A DNA stretch of 64,000 nt from NCBI GenBank assembly GCA_963771355.1, contig CAVYTA010000006.1, forward strand, positions 32,001-96,000, in the 5' to 3' direction. Both the position numbers and the translations under genes were made by a program. This document shows positions 53,872-64,000 of this stretch, piece after piece (within the stretch, counting starts at the first letter, position 1; every line of letters starts with the position of its first letter). A model generated the notes under the pieces. That model made no database searches. It was not told the origin of the DNA and saw only the letters and a program-made list of their open reading frames with translations. This stretch comes from an uncultured Candidatus Rokubacteria bacterium. GTDB lineage: Bacteria; Methylomirabilota; Methylomirabilia; Rokubacteriales; CSP1-6.

Positions 53872-54927
53872 TCACCCACCCAGACGTCCCGTGTCAGAGC
53901 GCAGGCTGCGACGCGCGAGGACGCGCCGGTGCTCGAGGAGCAGGCGCACCGTCTCCTGGAGCACCGTCGCCACCGGCACGGCGATGATCATGCCGAGCAC
54001 GCCGAGCGCGTGATTGCCGACGACCACCGAGCCGAGCAGGAGCGCCGGGTGGAGGTGGACGCTCCGTCCAATCGTGAGCGGCTGGATGACCGTGTCGTCG
54101 AGCACCTTGATGGCCAGGAACAGCACCATCACCCGCACCACGCCCGCGAGCCCTTGTCCCGGCGTCAGCAGAACCACCAAGCTGGCGGCGGCGGCCGAGA
54201 GCAGCGGCCCGACGAACGGCACCACGTTGGCGATGCCGGCGAAGGCGCCGAGCAGGAGGGGATAGGGCACGCGCAGTGCCCAGAGCCCCAGCGCCGCCAG
54301 CGCCGCCACCACCAGACCGTCCAGCACCACGCCCCGGATGTAGCGGCCGATGACACCGTTGAGCTCGCGCCAGACCGCGACGGACGTCTCCACGTGCTGG
54401 GGGGGCAGCCGGTTCATGGCCGCGGTGACGATCCGCGGCATGTCCCGAAGGAAGAAGAAGGCGAAGAACGGGACGAGGATCACGAGCAGGAAGAGGTGCC
54501 CGGCGTGCTCGAAGAATTCGCTCGGGTCCCCGGCGGGACGGTCGAGGACGAACCGGTGGATCCAGCCCCCGCCCTCGGGGAGCACACGGCGGAACACCGG
54601 TGCCGTCTCGACGAGCTCCCGCACCGCGCCGTCGAGGCTAGTGTCGAGCTGAATCGCCAGCGCCGGCAGGCGGTCCGCGAGCGCCGACAGCTCGGTGGCC
54701 ATGCGTGGCCCCAGGAGCAGGCCCGCGCCGAGCAGCAGGGCGATGAGGACGGCGAAGAGCGCACCGACCGCCACGCTCCGGCGGACGGCGAGGGCATCCG
54801 CCCGGGCGACGATCGGGCTGAGCAAGTAGGCGAAGATCAGCGCGAGGAAGACCGGCAGAGCCAGGCCGCGCGCCAGCCAGGCGAGCGCGGCGACGCCGGC
54901 GATGGTCACGACCCAGCTCGGCTTCAC
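53872..54927 (-). CDS. AI-2E family transporter
   Basis: AYLLSPIV, YIRG, NVVPFVGP, IQPLTIG...LHP, GMIIAVP. Confidence 0.92.
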   Translation of the reverse strand: MKPSWVVTIAGVAALAWLARGLALPVFLALIFAYLLSPIVARADALAVRRSVAVGALFAVLIALLLGAGLLLGPRMATELSALADRLPALAIQLDTSLDGAVRELVETAPVFRRVLPEGGGWIHRFVLDRPAGDPSEFFEHAGHLFLLVILVPFFAFFFLRDMPRIVTAAMNRLPPQHVETSVAVWRELNGVIGRYIRGVVLDGLVVAALAALGLWALRVPYPLLLGAFAGIANVVPFVGPLLSAAAASLVVLLTPGQGLAGVVRVMVLFLAIKVLDDTVIQPLTIGRSVHLHPALLLGSVVVGNHALGVLGMIIAVPVATVLQETVRLLLEHRRVLARRSLRSDTGRLGG

Positions 54928-55448
54928 GGTCGTTCGTCGCTCTCCGGCCGGGGCGGGGGCTCGGTCACCACCACCGGGTTGCGCCGCGCGTATGCCGCCA
55001 GCAACCGCGAGAGATTGCGCATGACGACGACCGCGATCCGCGCCTCGCCGTCCATCAGCGCGTCGAAGTCGGTCTTGTAGAGGATGAGCAGTCGCGCCGG
55101 CTCGGCGACCCGCGCGCTGCCGGAGCGCTGGGACTCGTCGATGAGCGCCAGCTCGCCGAACGCGTCGCCGGCCCCGAGCGTGCGTACGACGTGCTCGCCC
55201 CGCGTCGTCGCCTGGGTGATCTCCACCGTGCCCTCGACGACGACGAAGAGCGCGCGGCCGGGGTCGCCCTCGTGGAAGACGACATCTCCCGCGGAGTAGG
55301 ACTTCTCCAGGAACCGCGTCCCCAGGCGACCGAGCAGGCGGCGCGGAAGCCCGGCGAAGAGTGGCGAGTGGGCGAGGAAGGGCGCGCGCCGTGCCTGCTC
55401 ACGGTCCATCGCCCACGCGAGCCACCGGGGTAGTCGCCGCTCCGACAT
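54924..55448 (-). CDS. Stand-alone cyclic-nucleotide-binding domain protein
   Basis: VFHEGDPG, LFVVVEG, FGELAL...RSGS; no HTH; GTGA overlap with the AI-2E gene. Confidence 0.88.
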   Translation of the reverse strand: MSERRLPRWLAWAMDREQARRAPFLAHSPLFAGLPRRLLGRLGTRFLEKSYSAGDVVFHEGDPGRALFVVVEGTVEITQATTRGEHVVRTLGAGDAFGELALIDESQRSGSARVAEPARLLILYKTDFDALMDGEARIAVVVMRNLSRLLAAYARRNPVVVTEPPPRPESDERP

Positions 55449-55579
55449 GGCGCGCACTAGCGCGTAAGTATCACCGCGCGGACGAACCGTGGCATCTCGC
55501 GCCGATCCTGTCAGAGCGCCCGGGACAAGTCAAACCGGACCCTCGCGGACGCGGGCAGGAGCGGCCACCCGCCGGGAGA

Positions 55580-55621
55580 ATATGTTAATTGACGAAAGTA
55601 TTAAGTAGGTACATTGTTAAG
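55580..55621 (+). promoter_or_regulatory. AT-rich promoter/operator of the marR-RND operon
   Basis: TTGACG at 55589; TTAA at 55585, 55601 and 55617 (16-nt spacing) forming overlapping palindromes. Confidence 0.6.
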
Positions 55622-55626
55622 ACCTC

Positions 55627-56091
55627 ATGCGCGCCTCGCGTTCCGGCCACCGCTCGGCGGAGGCCCAGCGTCTCCTCGACCTGCTGAACGCTCTCGGCAG
55701 CACGACCTTTCGCCAGCTCCTCTGGCAGCGCGCATCGGAGCTGGACCTCACCTACGCCCAGTCGCAGGTCCTCTTCTATGTGGGCGAGCATGCCGCCTGT
55801 CACATGGGCGACGTGGCCAAGGCATTCGGCGTCACCCTGCCCGCCGTCACCCACATCATCGACCGGCTGGAGCAGAAGCAGTTCGTGGTCCGCGGCGATC
55901 ACCCCGTCGACCGCCGCGTGTACGTGCTCGAGCTGACCCGCCAGGGCAAGGCGTTGGTGCAGGAGCTCCACGGCATGCAGATGCGCGGTCTGGAGAAAGT
56001 GCTGGCGCGAATGTCCGCCGATGATCGCAACCGCGCGGTCAAGGGCCTCGAGGCCCTGGTGGAGGCGGCGACGGACGCCGCGAAGGCATGA
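55627..56091 (+). CDS. MarR-family regulator
   Basis: LTYAQ, VTHIIDRLE, DRRVYVLELTRQG. Confidence 0.93.
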   Translation: MRASRSGHRSAEAQRLLDLLNALGSTTFRQLLWQRASELDLTYAQSQVLFYVGEHAACHMGDVAKAFGVTLPAVTHIIDRLEQKQFVVRGDHPVDRRVYVLELTRQGKALVQELHGMQMRGLEKVLARMSADDRNRAVKGLEALVEAATDAAKA

Positions 56092-57365
56092 AGCGCGTGG
56101 TCGCCGCCCTCGCCGTCCTCGCCCCCGCCCTCGCCGTCGGTGCCTGCTCCGATCGCGGGGGCGCGGCGACGGGGCCGCCGGCACCGCCGGCCGTTCCCGT
56201 CGGCGTGGCCGCCGTGGAGCAGAAGATGGTGCCGCTCCAGGAGACGGCGGTGGGTAACGTACAGGCGTATGCCACGGTGGGCGTCAAGTCGCAGATCGCC
56301 GGCCAGATCGTGCAGGTGCACTTCACCGAGGGGCGCGACGTCAAGCGCGGGGAGCTTCTGTTCACGATCGATCCCCGGCCCCCGGAGGCGGCGCTGCGGC
56401 AGAGCGAGGCCAATGTCGCCAAGGACGTGGCGCAGCTTCGTCAGGCCGAGGCAGCGCTCGCGCAGCGACACGCGGAGGTGACGCAGGCGCTGGCGAACCT
56501 CGAGCGCGACCTCGCCCAGATGGAGAATGCCCGCGTCCAGGAGCAGCGCTATCGCGCCCTGATGGAGAGGGAGCTGATCGCCCGCGAGCAATACGACCAG
56601 CTCCGGACGATCTTCGCCGCGCTCCAGGCGACGGTGCAGGCGTCCCGGGCCGCGGTGGAAAACGCTCGGGCCTCCGCGCGCGCGGCGGAGGCGGCGGTGG
56701 AGAACGCGCGGGCGGCCATCAAGGCGAACGAGGCGATGGTGGACGTGGCGCAGCTGCAGCTCGCCTACACGACCATCCGCGCCCCCATGGACGGCCGCAC
56801 CGGCAACCTCCTCGCCCAGGCCGGCAACGTGCTGAAGTCCAACGAGGACAACCCGTTGGTGGTCATCGCCCAGGTGCACCCGATCTACGTGTCGTTCTCC
56901 GTCCCCGAGCAGCACCTCACCGCGATCAAGAAGTACCAGGCCGGGGGCGGCCTCAAGGTCGAGGCCGCGATCGACGGCGGGCAACGCCGCGCCGCCGGCG
57001 CCCTGACCTTCATCAACAACACCGTGGATCCGACCACCGGCACCATCCAGCTCAAGGCGACCTTCCCCAACACTGACGACCTGCTGTGGCCCGGCCAGTT
57101 CGTCGACGTGTCGCTGACGCTCACCGCCGAGAACGCGGTCGTGGTGCCGGCCCAGGCGGTGCAGGCCGGCCAGCAGGGACCGTTCGTCTTCGTGGTGAAG
57201 CCGGACCTGACCGTCGAGTCGCGCCGCGTGAAGGTGGGCCGGCGACTGCCGCGCGAGCTGGTGATCGACGAGGGCCTCACCGCCGGCGAGCGCGTGGTGA
57301 CCGACGGGCAGCTCCGGCTCGTCCCCGGCGCGCGGGTGGAGATCAAGCCGCCGAGGCCGTCATGA
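56088..57365 (+). CDS. RND efflux periplasmic adaptor (lipoprotein)
   Basis: Lipobox VGA-C, lipoyl halves, long coiled coil, IRAPMDG, VDPTTGT. Confidence 0.93.
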   Translation: MKRVVAALAVLAPALAVGACSDRGGAATGPPAPPAVPVGVAAVEQKMVPLQETAVGNVQAYATVGVKSQIAGQIVQVHFTEGRDVKRGELLFTIDPRPPEAALRQSEANVAKDVAQLRQAEAALAQRHAEVTQALANLERDLAQMENARVQEQRYRALMERELIAREQYDQLRTIFAALQATVQASRAAVENARASARAAEAAVENARAAIKANEAMVDVAQLQLAYTTIRAPMDGRTGNLLAQAGNVLKSNEDNPLVVIAQVHPIYVSFSVPEQHLTAIKKYQAGGGLKVEAAIDGGQRRAAGALTFINNTVDPTTGTIQLKATFPNTDDLLWPGQFVDVSLTLTAENAVVVPAQAVQAGQQGPFVFVVKPDLTVESRRVKVGRRLPRELVIDEGLTAGERVVTDGQLRLVPGARVEIKPPRPS

Positions 57366-60300
57366 GTCCGGCCCTGTTCATCCGCCGCCCGGTCCTCACC
57401 ACGCTCTTGATGGCGGCCATCCTCATCTTCGGATTGATGGCCTACCGCCTGCTGCCCGTGAACGACCTGCCCAACGTGGACTTCCCCACCATCCAGGTGT
57501 CGGCGGCGCTCCCCGGCGCCAGCCCCGAGACAATGGCCTCCGCGGTGGCCACCGTGCTCGAGCGCCAGTTCACGACGATCGCCGGCATCGATTCGATGAC
57601 CTCGACCAGCGCCCTCGGGCTCACCCAGATCACCATCCAGTTCACGCTCAGCCGCGACATCGACGCCGCCGCCCAGGACGTGCAGGCGGCGATCACCAAG
57701 TCGGCCCCTTTGCTGCCGGCCGGCATGCCGACCCCGCCGAGCTACCAGAAGGTCAACCCGGCGGACCAGCCCGTCATCTACCTGGCGCTCAGCTCGCCGA
57801 CGCTGCCGCTCTACACGGTGGATGAGTACGCGCAGACGAACCTCGCCCAGCGGATCTCGACCATCAGCGGGGTGGCGCAGGTCACGGTGTTCGGATCCCA
57901 GAAGTACGCGGTGCGTGTGCAGGTGGACCCGCGCGCGCTGGCCGCCCGGGGCATCGGCATCGACGAGGTCGAGCAGGCCATCGCCCGCGCCAACGTCAAC
58001 AAGCCGACGGGGACGCTCTACGGCGCCCACCAGGCGGTGAACGTGCAGGCGACCGGCCAGCTTCTGGACGCTGCCGCCTACCGGCCGCTCGTCGTCGCCT
58101 ATCGCAGCGGCTCGCCGGTGCGGCTGGAAGAGATCGGCCGCGTGATCGACGGCGTCCAGACCGACAAGGTGGCGAGCTGGTTCAATGACGAGCGCGCGGT
58201 CGTCCTCGCCGTCCAGCGTCAGCCGGGCACGAACACCATCGAGGTGGTCGACGCCATCCGGACCCTCTTGCCCGTCTTCCGGCAGCAGCTCCCGGCCTCG
58301 GTGAGCCTCAACGTCGTGTATGACCGATCGGCCGCCATCCGGGAGTCCGTGCACGACGTGCAGTTCACCCTGCTCCTCACCGTCGCCCTCGTGGTCATGG
58401 TGATCTTCGTGTTCTTGCGCAACGTGTCGGCCACCATCATCCCGAGCCTGGCGGTGCCGTTGTCCATCGTCGGCACCTTCGCCGTCATGTACCTCCTCGG
58501 CTACACGATCGACATCATCTCGCTGATGGCCCTCACGCTCTGCGTCGGGTTCGTCGTCGACGACGCCGTCGTCATGCTCGAGAACATCGTGCGCCACATG
58601 GAGGCGGGGGAGAGCCGCATGGAGGCGGCGCTCAAGGGCGCCCGGGAGATCGGGTTCACGATCCTGTCCATGACGGTGTCGCTGGCGGCGGTGTTCATCC
58701 CCGTGCTGTTCATGGGCGGCGTGGTCGGGCGGCTGCTCCACGAGTTCGCCGTGGTCATCATGGCCGCCGTCCTCGTGTCCGGTCTCGTGTCGCTGACGCT
58801 CACGCCCATGCTCTGCAGCCGCTTCCTCCAGCCCCCGCACGGGGGAGGGAACCGGCTGTACCAGGCCTCCGAGCGGGTCTTCCAGGCGATCCTTCACGCG
58901 TACGACCATTCGCTGCAGTGGGTGCTACGGCACCGGCGGACGACGATGGCGGTGCTCGCCTTCACCTTCGTGCTGACGGCGTATCTGTTCGTCATCATCC
59001 CCAAGGGCTTCATCCCGAACGAGGACACCGGCTCGATCTTCGCTTTCACCGAGGCCGCCCAGGACATCTCCTTCGACTCGATGGTGGAGCACCAGCGCGC
59101 GGTGGCCGACGTCGTGCGCCAGAGTCCGCACGTGGAGCAGTTCATGTCCTTCATCGGAGCGAGCGGCTCGAACGTGGTGCCCAACACCGGCCGCATCTTC
59201 ATCCGGCTCAAGCCGCGATCCCAGCGCCCGCCGGCGGAAGCGGTGATCCAGGAGTTGCGGCCCAAGCTGGCGGCGGTGCCGGGCATGCGCGTCTACCCGC
59301 AGGTGTTGCCCACGATCCGGATCGGTGGGCAGCTGACGAAGGCGGTCTACCAGTACACCCTGCAGGACGCCGACCTCCAGGAGCTGTACCACTGGGCCCC
59401 CCTCCTCTACGACCGGCTCCGGGCGCTGCCCGACCTGCAGGATGTCAACACCGATCTGCAGATCACGAGCCCCCAGGTCGTCGTCAACATCGACCGCGAC
59501 AAGGCCGCCGCTCTCGGCGTGTCTGTGGACCAGATCGAGAGCGCCCTCGGCAGCGCGTACGGCTCCAAGCAGGTGTCGACGGTCTATACGCCGTCCAACC
59601 AGTACTGGGTCATCCTCGAGCTGGATCCGCAGTACAAGCAGGACGCGACGGCCCTGGCGCGCCTTTACGTGCGCTCGAGCACCGGCCGCCTGGTCCCGCT
59701 GGGGGCGGTGGCCACGCTCACCCCTGGGCTGGGACCCCTCACGGTCACCCACCTGGGCCAGCTGCCGTCCGTCACGATCTCCTTCAACCCGAAGCCCGGC
59801 GTGTCCCTCAGCGACGCCGTCGCGCAGGTCGAGCGCGTGCAGCAGGAGCTGCGGCCCCCGGCCACGCTCGGCACCACCTTTCAGGGCACCGCCCAGGCCT
59901 TCCAGGCCTCGCTGCAAGGGCAAGGCATGCTGCTGCTCGTCACCATCCTCGTCATCTACCTCGTCCTCGGCGTGCTCTACGAGAGCTTCATTCACCCCCT
60001 GACGATCCTCTCCGGGCTGCCCTCGGCGGGCGCGGGGGCCCTCCTCACGCTGCTGCTGTTCGGGATGGAGCTGAACGTCTACGGGTTCGTCGGCATGATC
60101 ATGCTGGTGGGCATCGTGAAGAAGAACGCGATCATGATGATCGACTTCGCGCTGGAGGCGGAGCGGGCGGGGGCCACGCCGGCGGCGGCGATCTACCAGG
60201 GCTGCCTGCTGCGGTTCCGTCCGATCATGATGACCACCATGGCAGCCCTTTTCGGCACCCTTCCCATCGCGCTCGGCCTCGGCGCAGGCGCCGAGGCGCG

Positions 60301-60511
60301 CCGGCCGCTCGGGCTCGCCGTGGTGGGTGGGCTGCTGGTCTCGCAGCTCCTGACCCTCTACATCACGCCCGTGCTCTACCTCTACATGGAGGCGGCGCAG
60401 AAGAACCTGGCTGCGCACCCGCTCTCCCGCATCTTCTTCTGGCGCCGCTGGGCGCGTCGCCCGCCGCCGTCCGCCACGCCCGCCGTCCACTCCTCCGCGC
60501 CTCGGCCGTGA
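57362..60511 (+). CDS. RND efflux permease (MdtB/MdtC-like)
   Basis: FIRRPV, PGASPE, GFVVDDAVVMLEN, GIVKKNAIMMIDFA, RFRPIMMTT; ATGA overlap. Confidence 0.95.
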   Translation: MSPALFIRRPVLTTLLMAAILIFGLMAYRLLPVNDLPNVDFPTIQVSAALPGASPETMASAVATVLERQFTTIAGIDSMTSTSALGLTQITIQFTLSRDIDAAAQDVQAAITKSAPLLPAGMPTPPSYQKVNPADQPVIYLALSSPTLPLYTVDEYAQTNLAQRISTISGVAQVTVFGSQKYAVRVQVDPRALAARGIGIDEVEQAIARANVNKPTGTLYGAHQAVNVQATGQLLDAAAYRPLVVAYRSGSPVRLEEIGRVIDGVQTDKVASWFNDERAVVLAVQRQPGTNTIEVVDAIRTLLPVFRQQLPASVSLNVVYDRSAAIRESVHDVQFTLLLTVALVVMVIFVFLRNVSATIIPSLAVPLSIVGTFAVMYLLGYTIDIISLMALTLCVGFVVDDAVVMLENIVRHMEAGESRMEAALKGAREIGFTILSMTVSLAAVFIPVLFMGGVVGRLLHEFAVVIMAAVLVSGLVSLTLTPMLCSRFLQPPHGGGNRLYQASERVFQAILHAYDHSLQWVLRHRRTTMAVLAFTFVLTAYLFVIIPKGFIPNEDTGSIFAFTEAAQDISFDSMVEHQRAVADVVRQSPHVEQFMSFIGASGSNVVPNTGRIFIRLKPRSQRPPAEAVIQELRPKLAAVPGMRVYPQVLPTIRIGGQLTKAVYQYTLQDADLQELYHWAPLLYDRLRALPDLQDVNTDLQITSPQVVVNIDRDKAAALGVSVDQIESALGSAYGSKQVSTVYTPSNQYWVILELDPQYKQDATALARLYVRSSTGRLVPLGAVATLTPGLGPLTVTHLGQLPSVTISFNPKPGVSLSDAVAQVERVQQELRPPATLGTTFQGTAQAFQASLQGQGMLLLVTILVIYLVLGVLYESFIHPLTILSGLPSAGAGALLTLLLFGMELNVYGFVGMIMLVGIVKKNAIMMIDFALEAERAGATPAAAIYQGCLLRFRPIMMTTMAALFGTLPIALGLGAGAEARRPLGLAVVGGLLVSQLLTLYITPVLYLYMEAAQKNLAAHPLSRIFFWRRWARRPPPSATPAVHSSAPRP

Positions 60512-60604
60512 GCGCGGTGGCGGGGCACTATGATCGGGGGGCGCGCGTTCGTGTGAGGCCGTGCTATGGTGTGGCGGACTTCAATCCTTGTGAGGAGGTT
60601 CGGC

Positions 60605-60826
60605 ATGCCCGTCAAGATCAGCATCCGGCCCAACGGCCCGTATCTGGTGGAAGGCGAAGTCGAGCTACTGGACGTCAACGGGAACAAGATTGATACGAGC
60701 GCGCGGGGGCCAAAGTTCGCGCTGTGCCGGTGCGGCGCGTCGGTTACCAAGCCGTTCTGTGACGGCACCCATAGCAAGATCGGTTTCCAGGCCGCGGAGG
60801 CCGCCGTCGCCCAGGAGAAAAAGTAG
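60605..60826 (+). CDS. CDGSH iron-sulfur domain protein
   Basis: NGPYLV, CRCGASVTKPFCDGTH; GAGGAGG RBS. Confidence 0.92.
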   Translation: MPVKISIRPNGPYLVEGEVELLDVNGNKIDTSARGPKFALCRCGASVTKPFCDGTHSKIGFQAAEAAVAQEKK

Positions 60827-60924
60827 ACCACCGGAACTCGGACTAGGCGAGGCGAGCGCTGCTCCGCCTGATCGTGCGGGTGGGAAGCGCAACCCAGCAT
60901 GACATGCAGACGAGCGCGTCGCCG

Positions 60925-61047
60925 TCACCGCGCGCGCGTCGTCCGGTTGGCCCGGCCCCGCTTCCAGCAGATGGGGCAGGGGCCCGCCCCCCGGAACTTG
61001 TGTCCGCGGCTACAGGTCTTCCAACCGCCTGCCTTCCCTGGCGCCAT
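60925..61047 (-). CDS. 40-aa basic protein with C-x3-H-x7-C-x2-C motif
   Basis: [48 protein letters not shown]. Confidence 0.6.
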   Translation of the reverse strand: MAPGKAGGWKTCSRGHKFRGAGPCPICWKRGRANRTTRAR

Positions 61048-61210
61048 GGCGTCCTCCGGCGGTTCGATCATGAGGGGTCCGACGGCGGAGATCAACCCGG
61101 CCCGGCACCCGTCGTGCGGGCGAGCGCGAATTCGCGGGGATACGATCCGTCCAACCCACGTCCGGGGCTTACCGGTCACGCGAAGCGCTCGCCGTTGTAG
61201 GATCTGATCC

Positions 61211-62434
61211 ATGTCACCCTTTGTCGCCGTCCGGCGCATGTTGTCAGGGTTGTCGCTCATTGCGGCGGCCCTGATACCGCTCGGCTGCCAGGAGAGCCCG
61301 GCGCCCGCGGCGGCCCCGCCATCCGAAGCCCAGCGTCAGCCTCCCCGACCGGTCCGCGTCGCCCCGGCGATGGAGGCGATGGTCGACCGAAGAGTCAGTG
61401 CCACCGGCACGCTCGCGGCCGATGAGCAGGTCGTGCTCGGCACCAAGGTCGCCGGCCGGATCGGCGAGCTGCTCGTGGACCTCGGCAGCCGGGTCCGCCG
61501 CGACCAGACGGTCGCTCGCCTCGACCCCACCGACGCGCAGCTCCGCGTCGACCAGGCGGTGGCGGCCCTGCAGCAGGCGCGCGCCCGGCTCGGACTCTCG
61601 CCGGGAGGTACCGACGACCGCGTCGACCCCGAGCAAACCTCGCTCGTGCGCCAGGCGCGGGCGGTGCTGGACGAGGCGCGGCTCACCAAGGAGCGGACGG
61701 ATCGGCTCTGGAGGCAGGAGCTGATTGCCCAGGCGCAGGTCGACACGGCGGTGTCGGCGCTGGGAGTGGCCGAGGCCCGCTATCAGGACGCCATCGAGGA
61801 GGTCCGGAACCGTCAGGCCGTGCTCCTCCAGCGGCGCTCCGAGCTGGAGCTGGCGCGGCAGCAGCGCGCGGACACCCTGGTCAACTCGCCGATCGAGGGC
61901 GCGGTGAGCGAGCGCCGGGCCTCGGTCGGGGAGTACCTCGCCGCGGGGGCGCCGGTGGTCACGCTCGTCAAGCTGCACCCGCTGCGGCTGCGCCTCGCCG
62001 TGCCCGAGCGCGACGCGACGTCGGTGCGGGTGGGTCAGCCGGTAGTCGTGACCGTCGAGGGCGTGGCCGGCGAACACCATGGGCGCGTCGCGCGCATCTC
62101 CCCCGCCATCAGTGAGCAGAACCGCACCCTCCTGGTGGAGGCCGAGGTGCCCAACGAGGGCGCCGTGCTCCGACCCGGCGCCTTCGCCAAGGCCGACATC
62201 GTCCTCGCGGGCGACCTCCGCGTGGTCACCGTGCCGGCGACCGCGATCGTTACCTTCGCGGGGGTGGAGAAGGTGCTCACGGTGGACAAGGGACGCGCGG
62301 TGGAGGTCCGCGTGACCACCGGGCGCCGCCTGGGCGACCGCGTGGAGATCGTCACCGGCATCAAGGCGGGCACCCCGGTGGTCGGTCAGCCCGGTAGTCT
62401 GACCGAGGGGCAACCGGTGACGGTCCAGCCCTAG
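61211..62434 (+). CDS. Second RND efflux periplasmic adaptor
   Basis: Lipobox-like [23 protein letters not shown]. Confidence 0.92.
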   Translation: MSPFVAVRRMLSGLSLIAAALIPLGCQESPAPAAAPPSEAQRQPPRPVRVAPAMEAMVDRRVSATGTLAADEQVVLGTKVAGRIGELLVDLGSRVRRDQTVARLDPTDAQLRVDQAVAALQQARARLGLSPGGTDDRVDPEQTSLVRQARAVLDEARLTKERTDRLWRQELIAQAQVDTAVSALGVAEARYQDAIEEVRNRQAVLLQRRSELELARQQRADTLVNSPIEGAVSERRASVGEYLAAGAPVVTLVKLHPLRLRLAVPERDATSVRVGQPVVVTVEGVAGEHHGRVARISPAISEQNRTLLVEAEVPNEGAVLRPGAFAKADIVLAGDLRVVTVPATAIVTFAGVEKVLTVDKGRAVEVRVTTGRRLGDRVEIVTGIKAGTPVVGQPGSLTEGQPVTVQP

Positions 62435-62436
62435 CC

Positions 62437-64000
62437 ATGCAGAAGCTCGCCGAGGTCTGCATCCGCCGGCCGGTGTTTGCGGCCATGCTCGTGCTCTCCC
62501 TCGTCGTGGTCGGCGCCGCCTCGTACGCCCGCCTCGGCGTGGACCGCTTCCCGGCCGTGGACGTTCCCACCGTGAGCGTCCGGACCGAGCTCAGCGGCGC
62601 CTCCGCCGAGGAGGTGGAGAGCCAGGTCACGCGCGAGATCGAGCAGGTGGTCAACACCGTGCAGGGCATCCGCGAGCTGCGCTCGATCTCCGGCCCGGGC
62701 CAGTCCATCGTCATCGTGGAGTTCGAGCTGCGCCGGAACATCGACGTGGCGGCGCAGGACGTCCGCGAGAAAGTTGCCCTCGCGATCCGGAATCTCCCGC
62801 GTGACGTGAAAGCGCCCATCATCGCGAAGTTCGACAACGACCAGGCGCCTGCCCTCACGGTGGCGGTGGCCGGCGACCGGCCGCTGCGCGAGCTGACCGA
62901 GCTGGCCGACAAGGTCGTCAAGATCCAGCTGGAGCGCTCGTTCGGGGTGGGCGAGGTGCGGCTCGTGGGCGGCCTCAACCGCGCGATCAACGTGTGGGTG
63001 GAGGCGGATCGGCTCGCCGCCTACCAGCTGCCCATCACCGCGGTTCGCGACGCCCTCGTCCGCCAGAACGCGGACATGCCGGGCGGCAATGTCACCGCGG
63101 GGCTCCGCGAGTCCTCGCTCCGCACCATCGGGCGCGTCGCCGACCCGAAGGCCTTCGACGACGTGGTCATCGCCACCGTCAATGGCGCCCCCGTCCGGAT
63201 ACGCGACGTGGGCCGGGCGGAGGACGGGACCGCCGAGCAGCGCTCGGTGGCCCGCCTCAACGGCGTGCCCAGCGTGATCCTCGAGGTGCGGCGGCAGTCG
63301 GGCGAGAACACGGTGGCGGTCATCGAATCCGCCAAGGCCAGCCTCGCCCGTCTCGCCGGGCAGATTCCCCCCGACGTGCGCCTGGAGGTGATCCGTGACC
63401 AGTCGCGCTACATCTACGCCGCGCTGCACGAGATCAAGATCCACCTGATCCTGGGCTCGATCCTCGCCTCCCTGGTGGTGCTGCTGTTCATGCGGAATTG
63501 GCAGTCCACCATCATCGCGGCGGTGGCCATCCCGTGCTCGGTGATCTCGGCGTTCGGCACCATGTGGGCGCTCGGCTTCACGCTCAACAGCGTGACCATG
63601 CTGGCGCTGGTGCTCATGGTCGGCATCGTCATCGACGACGCCATCGTCGTGCTCGAGAACGTCTTCCGCTTCGTCGAGGAGAAGCGGATGACGCCGTTCG
63701 AGGCGGCGAAGGCCGCCACTGCCGATATCGGTCTCGCGGTCATGGCCACCACCTTCAGCCTGGTGGTGATCTTCCTCCCCGTCTCCTTCATGTCGAGCGT
63801 CTCCGGCCGCTTCCTCTACCAGTTCGGCGTGACGGCGGCGGTGTCGGTGCTGGTCAGCCTCCTGGTGTCCTTCACGCTCACGCCCATGATGAGCGCGCGG
63901 ATGATTCGCACCGGCGGGGCGGGTGGCGCCCACGGTCACGCGGAGGCCGCCTCCCGCCGTGGGTTCTACTCCTGGCTCGACCGTGGCTACGCCTTCACCC
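62437..64000 (+). CDS. Second RND efflux permease (AcrB/AcrD/AcrF family), runs off the window
   Basis: ATG 62437 MQKLAEVCIRRPVFA; GIVIDDAIVVLEN read from about 63620; open to the window end. Confidence 0.93.
   Translation, partial: MQKLAEVCIRRPVFAAMLVLSLVVVGAASYARLGVDRFPAVDVPTVSVRTELSGASAEEVESQVTREIEQVVNTVQGIRELRSISGPGQSIVIVEFELRRNIDVAAQDVREKVALAIRNLPRDVKAPIIAKFDNDQAPALTVAVAGDRPLRELTELADKVVKIQLERSFGVGEVRLVGGLNRAINVWVEADRLAAYQLPITAVRDALVRQNADMPGGNVTAGLRESSLRTIGRVADPKAFDDVVIATVNGAPVRIRDVGRAEDGTAEQRSVARLNGVPSVILEVRRQSGENTVAVIESAKASLARLAGQIPPDVRLEVIRDQSRYIYAALHEIKIHLILGSILASLVVLLFMRNWQSTIIAAVAIPCSVISAFGTMWALGFTLNSVTMLALVLMVGIVIDDAIVVLENVFRFVEEKRMTPFEAAKAATADIGLAVMATTFSLVVIFLPVSFMSSVSGRFLYQFGVTAAVSVLVSLLVSFTLTPMMSARMIRTGGAGGAHGHAEAASRRGFYSWLDRGYAFT

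Overview
High-GC bacterial DNA, most likely a metagenome contig from Candidatus Rokubacteria/Methylomirabilota. This is inferred from the 'RRxFL...ADQVIE' ABC substrate-binding protein (SBP) and the 'WVLW...CLPDTVxPRG' protein. 1-17 kb is a mosaic of accessory and metabolic genes: SBP remnants, a Baeyer-Villiger monooxygenase, hopanoid C-3 methylase HpnR, Zn-ADH, AlkB, LLM, SDR, a lipoprotein amidase, a CoA transferase and a collapsed GH15 pseudogene. 17.4-53.8 kb is a large surface-polysaccharide locus: O-antigen-ligase-like gene, GT2/GT4/GT-C glycosyltransferases, Wzm/Wzt, gmd/fcl, a CDP-glucose branched-sugar pathway, about seven methyltransferases, and a methyltransferase/carbamoyltransferase/SxtJ-like/SxtK-like/SGNH operon. 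53.9-64 kb holds an AI-2E/cNMP pair, MarR, two RND efflux operons, a CDGSH protein and a tiny Zn-finger-like ORF. The best candidate for an undescribed system is the carbamoyltransferase operon: its small membrane peptide ends in LIYALF, like the DltX tyrosine acyl-shuttle motif, and lies next to an SGNH protein, suggesting a carbamoyl relay onto a cell-surface glycan. Many genes between about 2 and 40 kb carry single-base frameshifts that look like read errors, so their coordinates are reconstructed and approximate. No rRNA, tRNA, CRISPR array, transposase or integrase was recognised.
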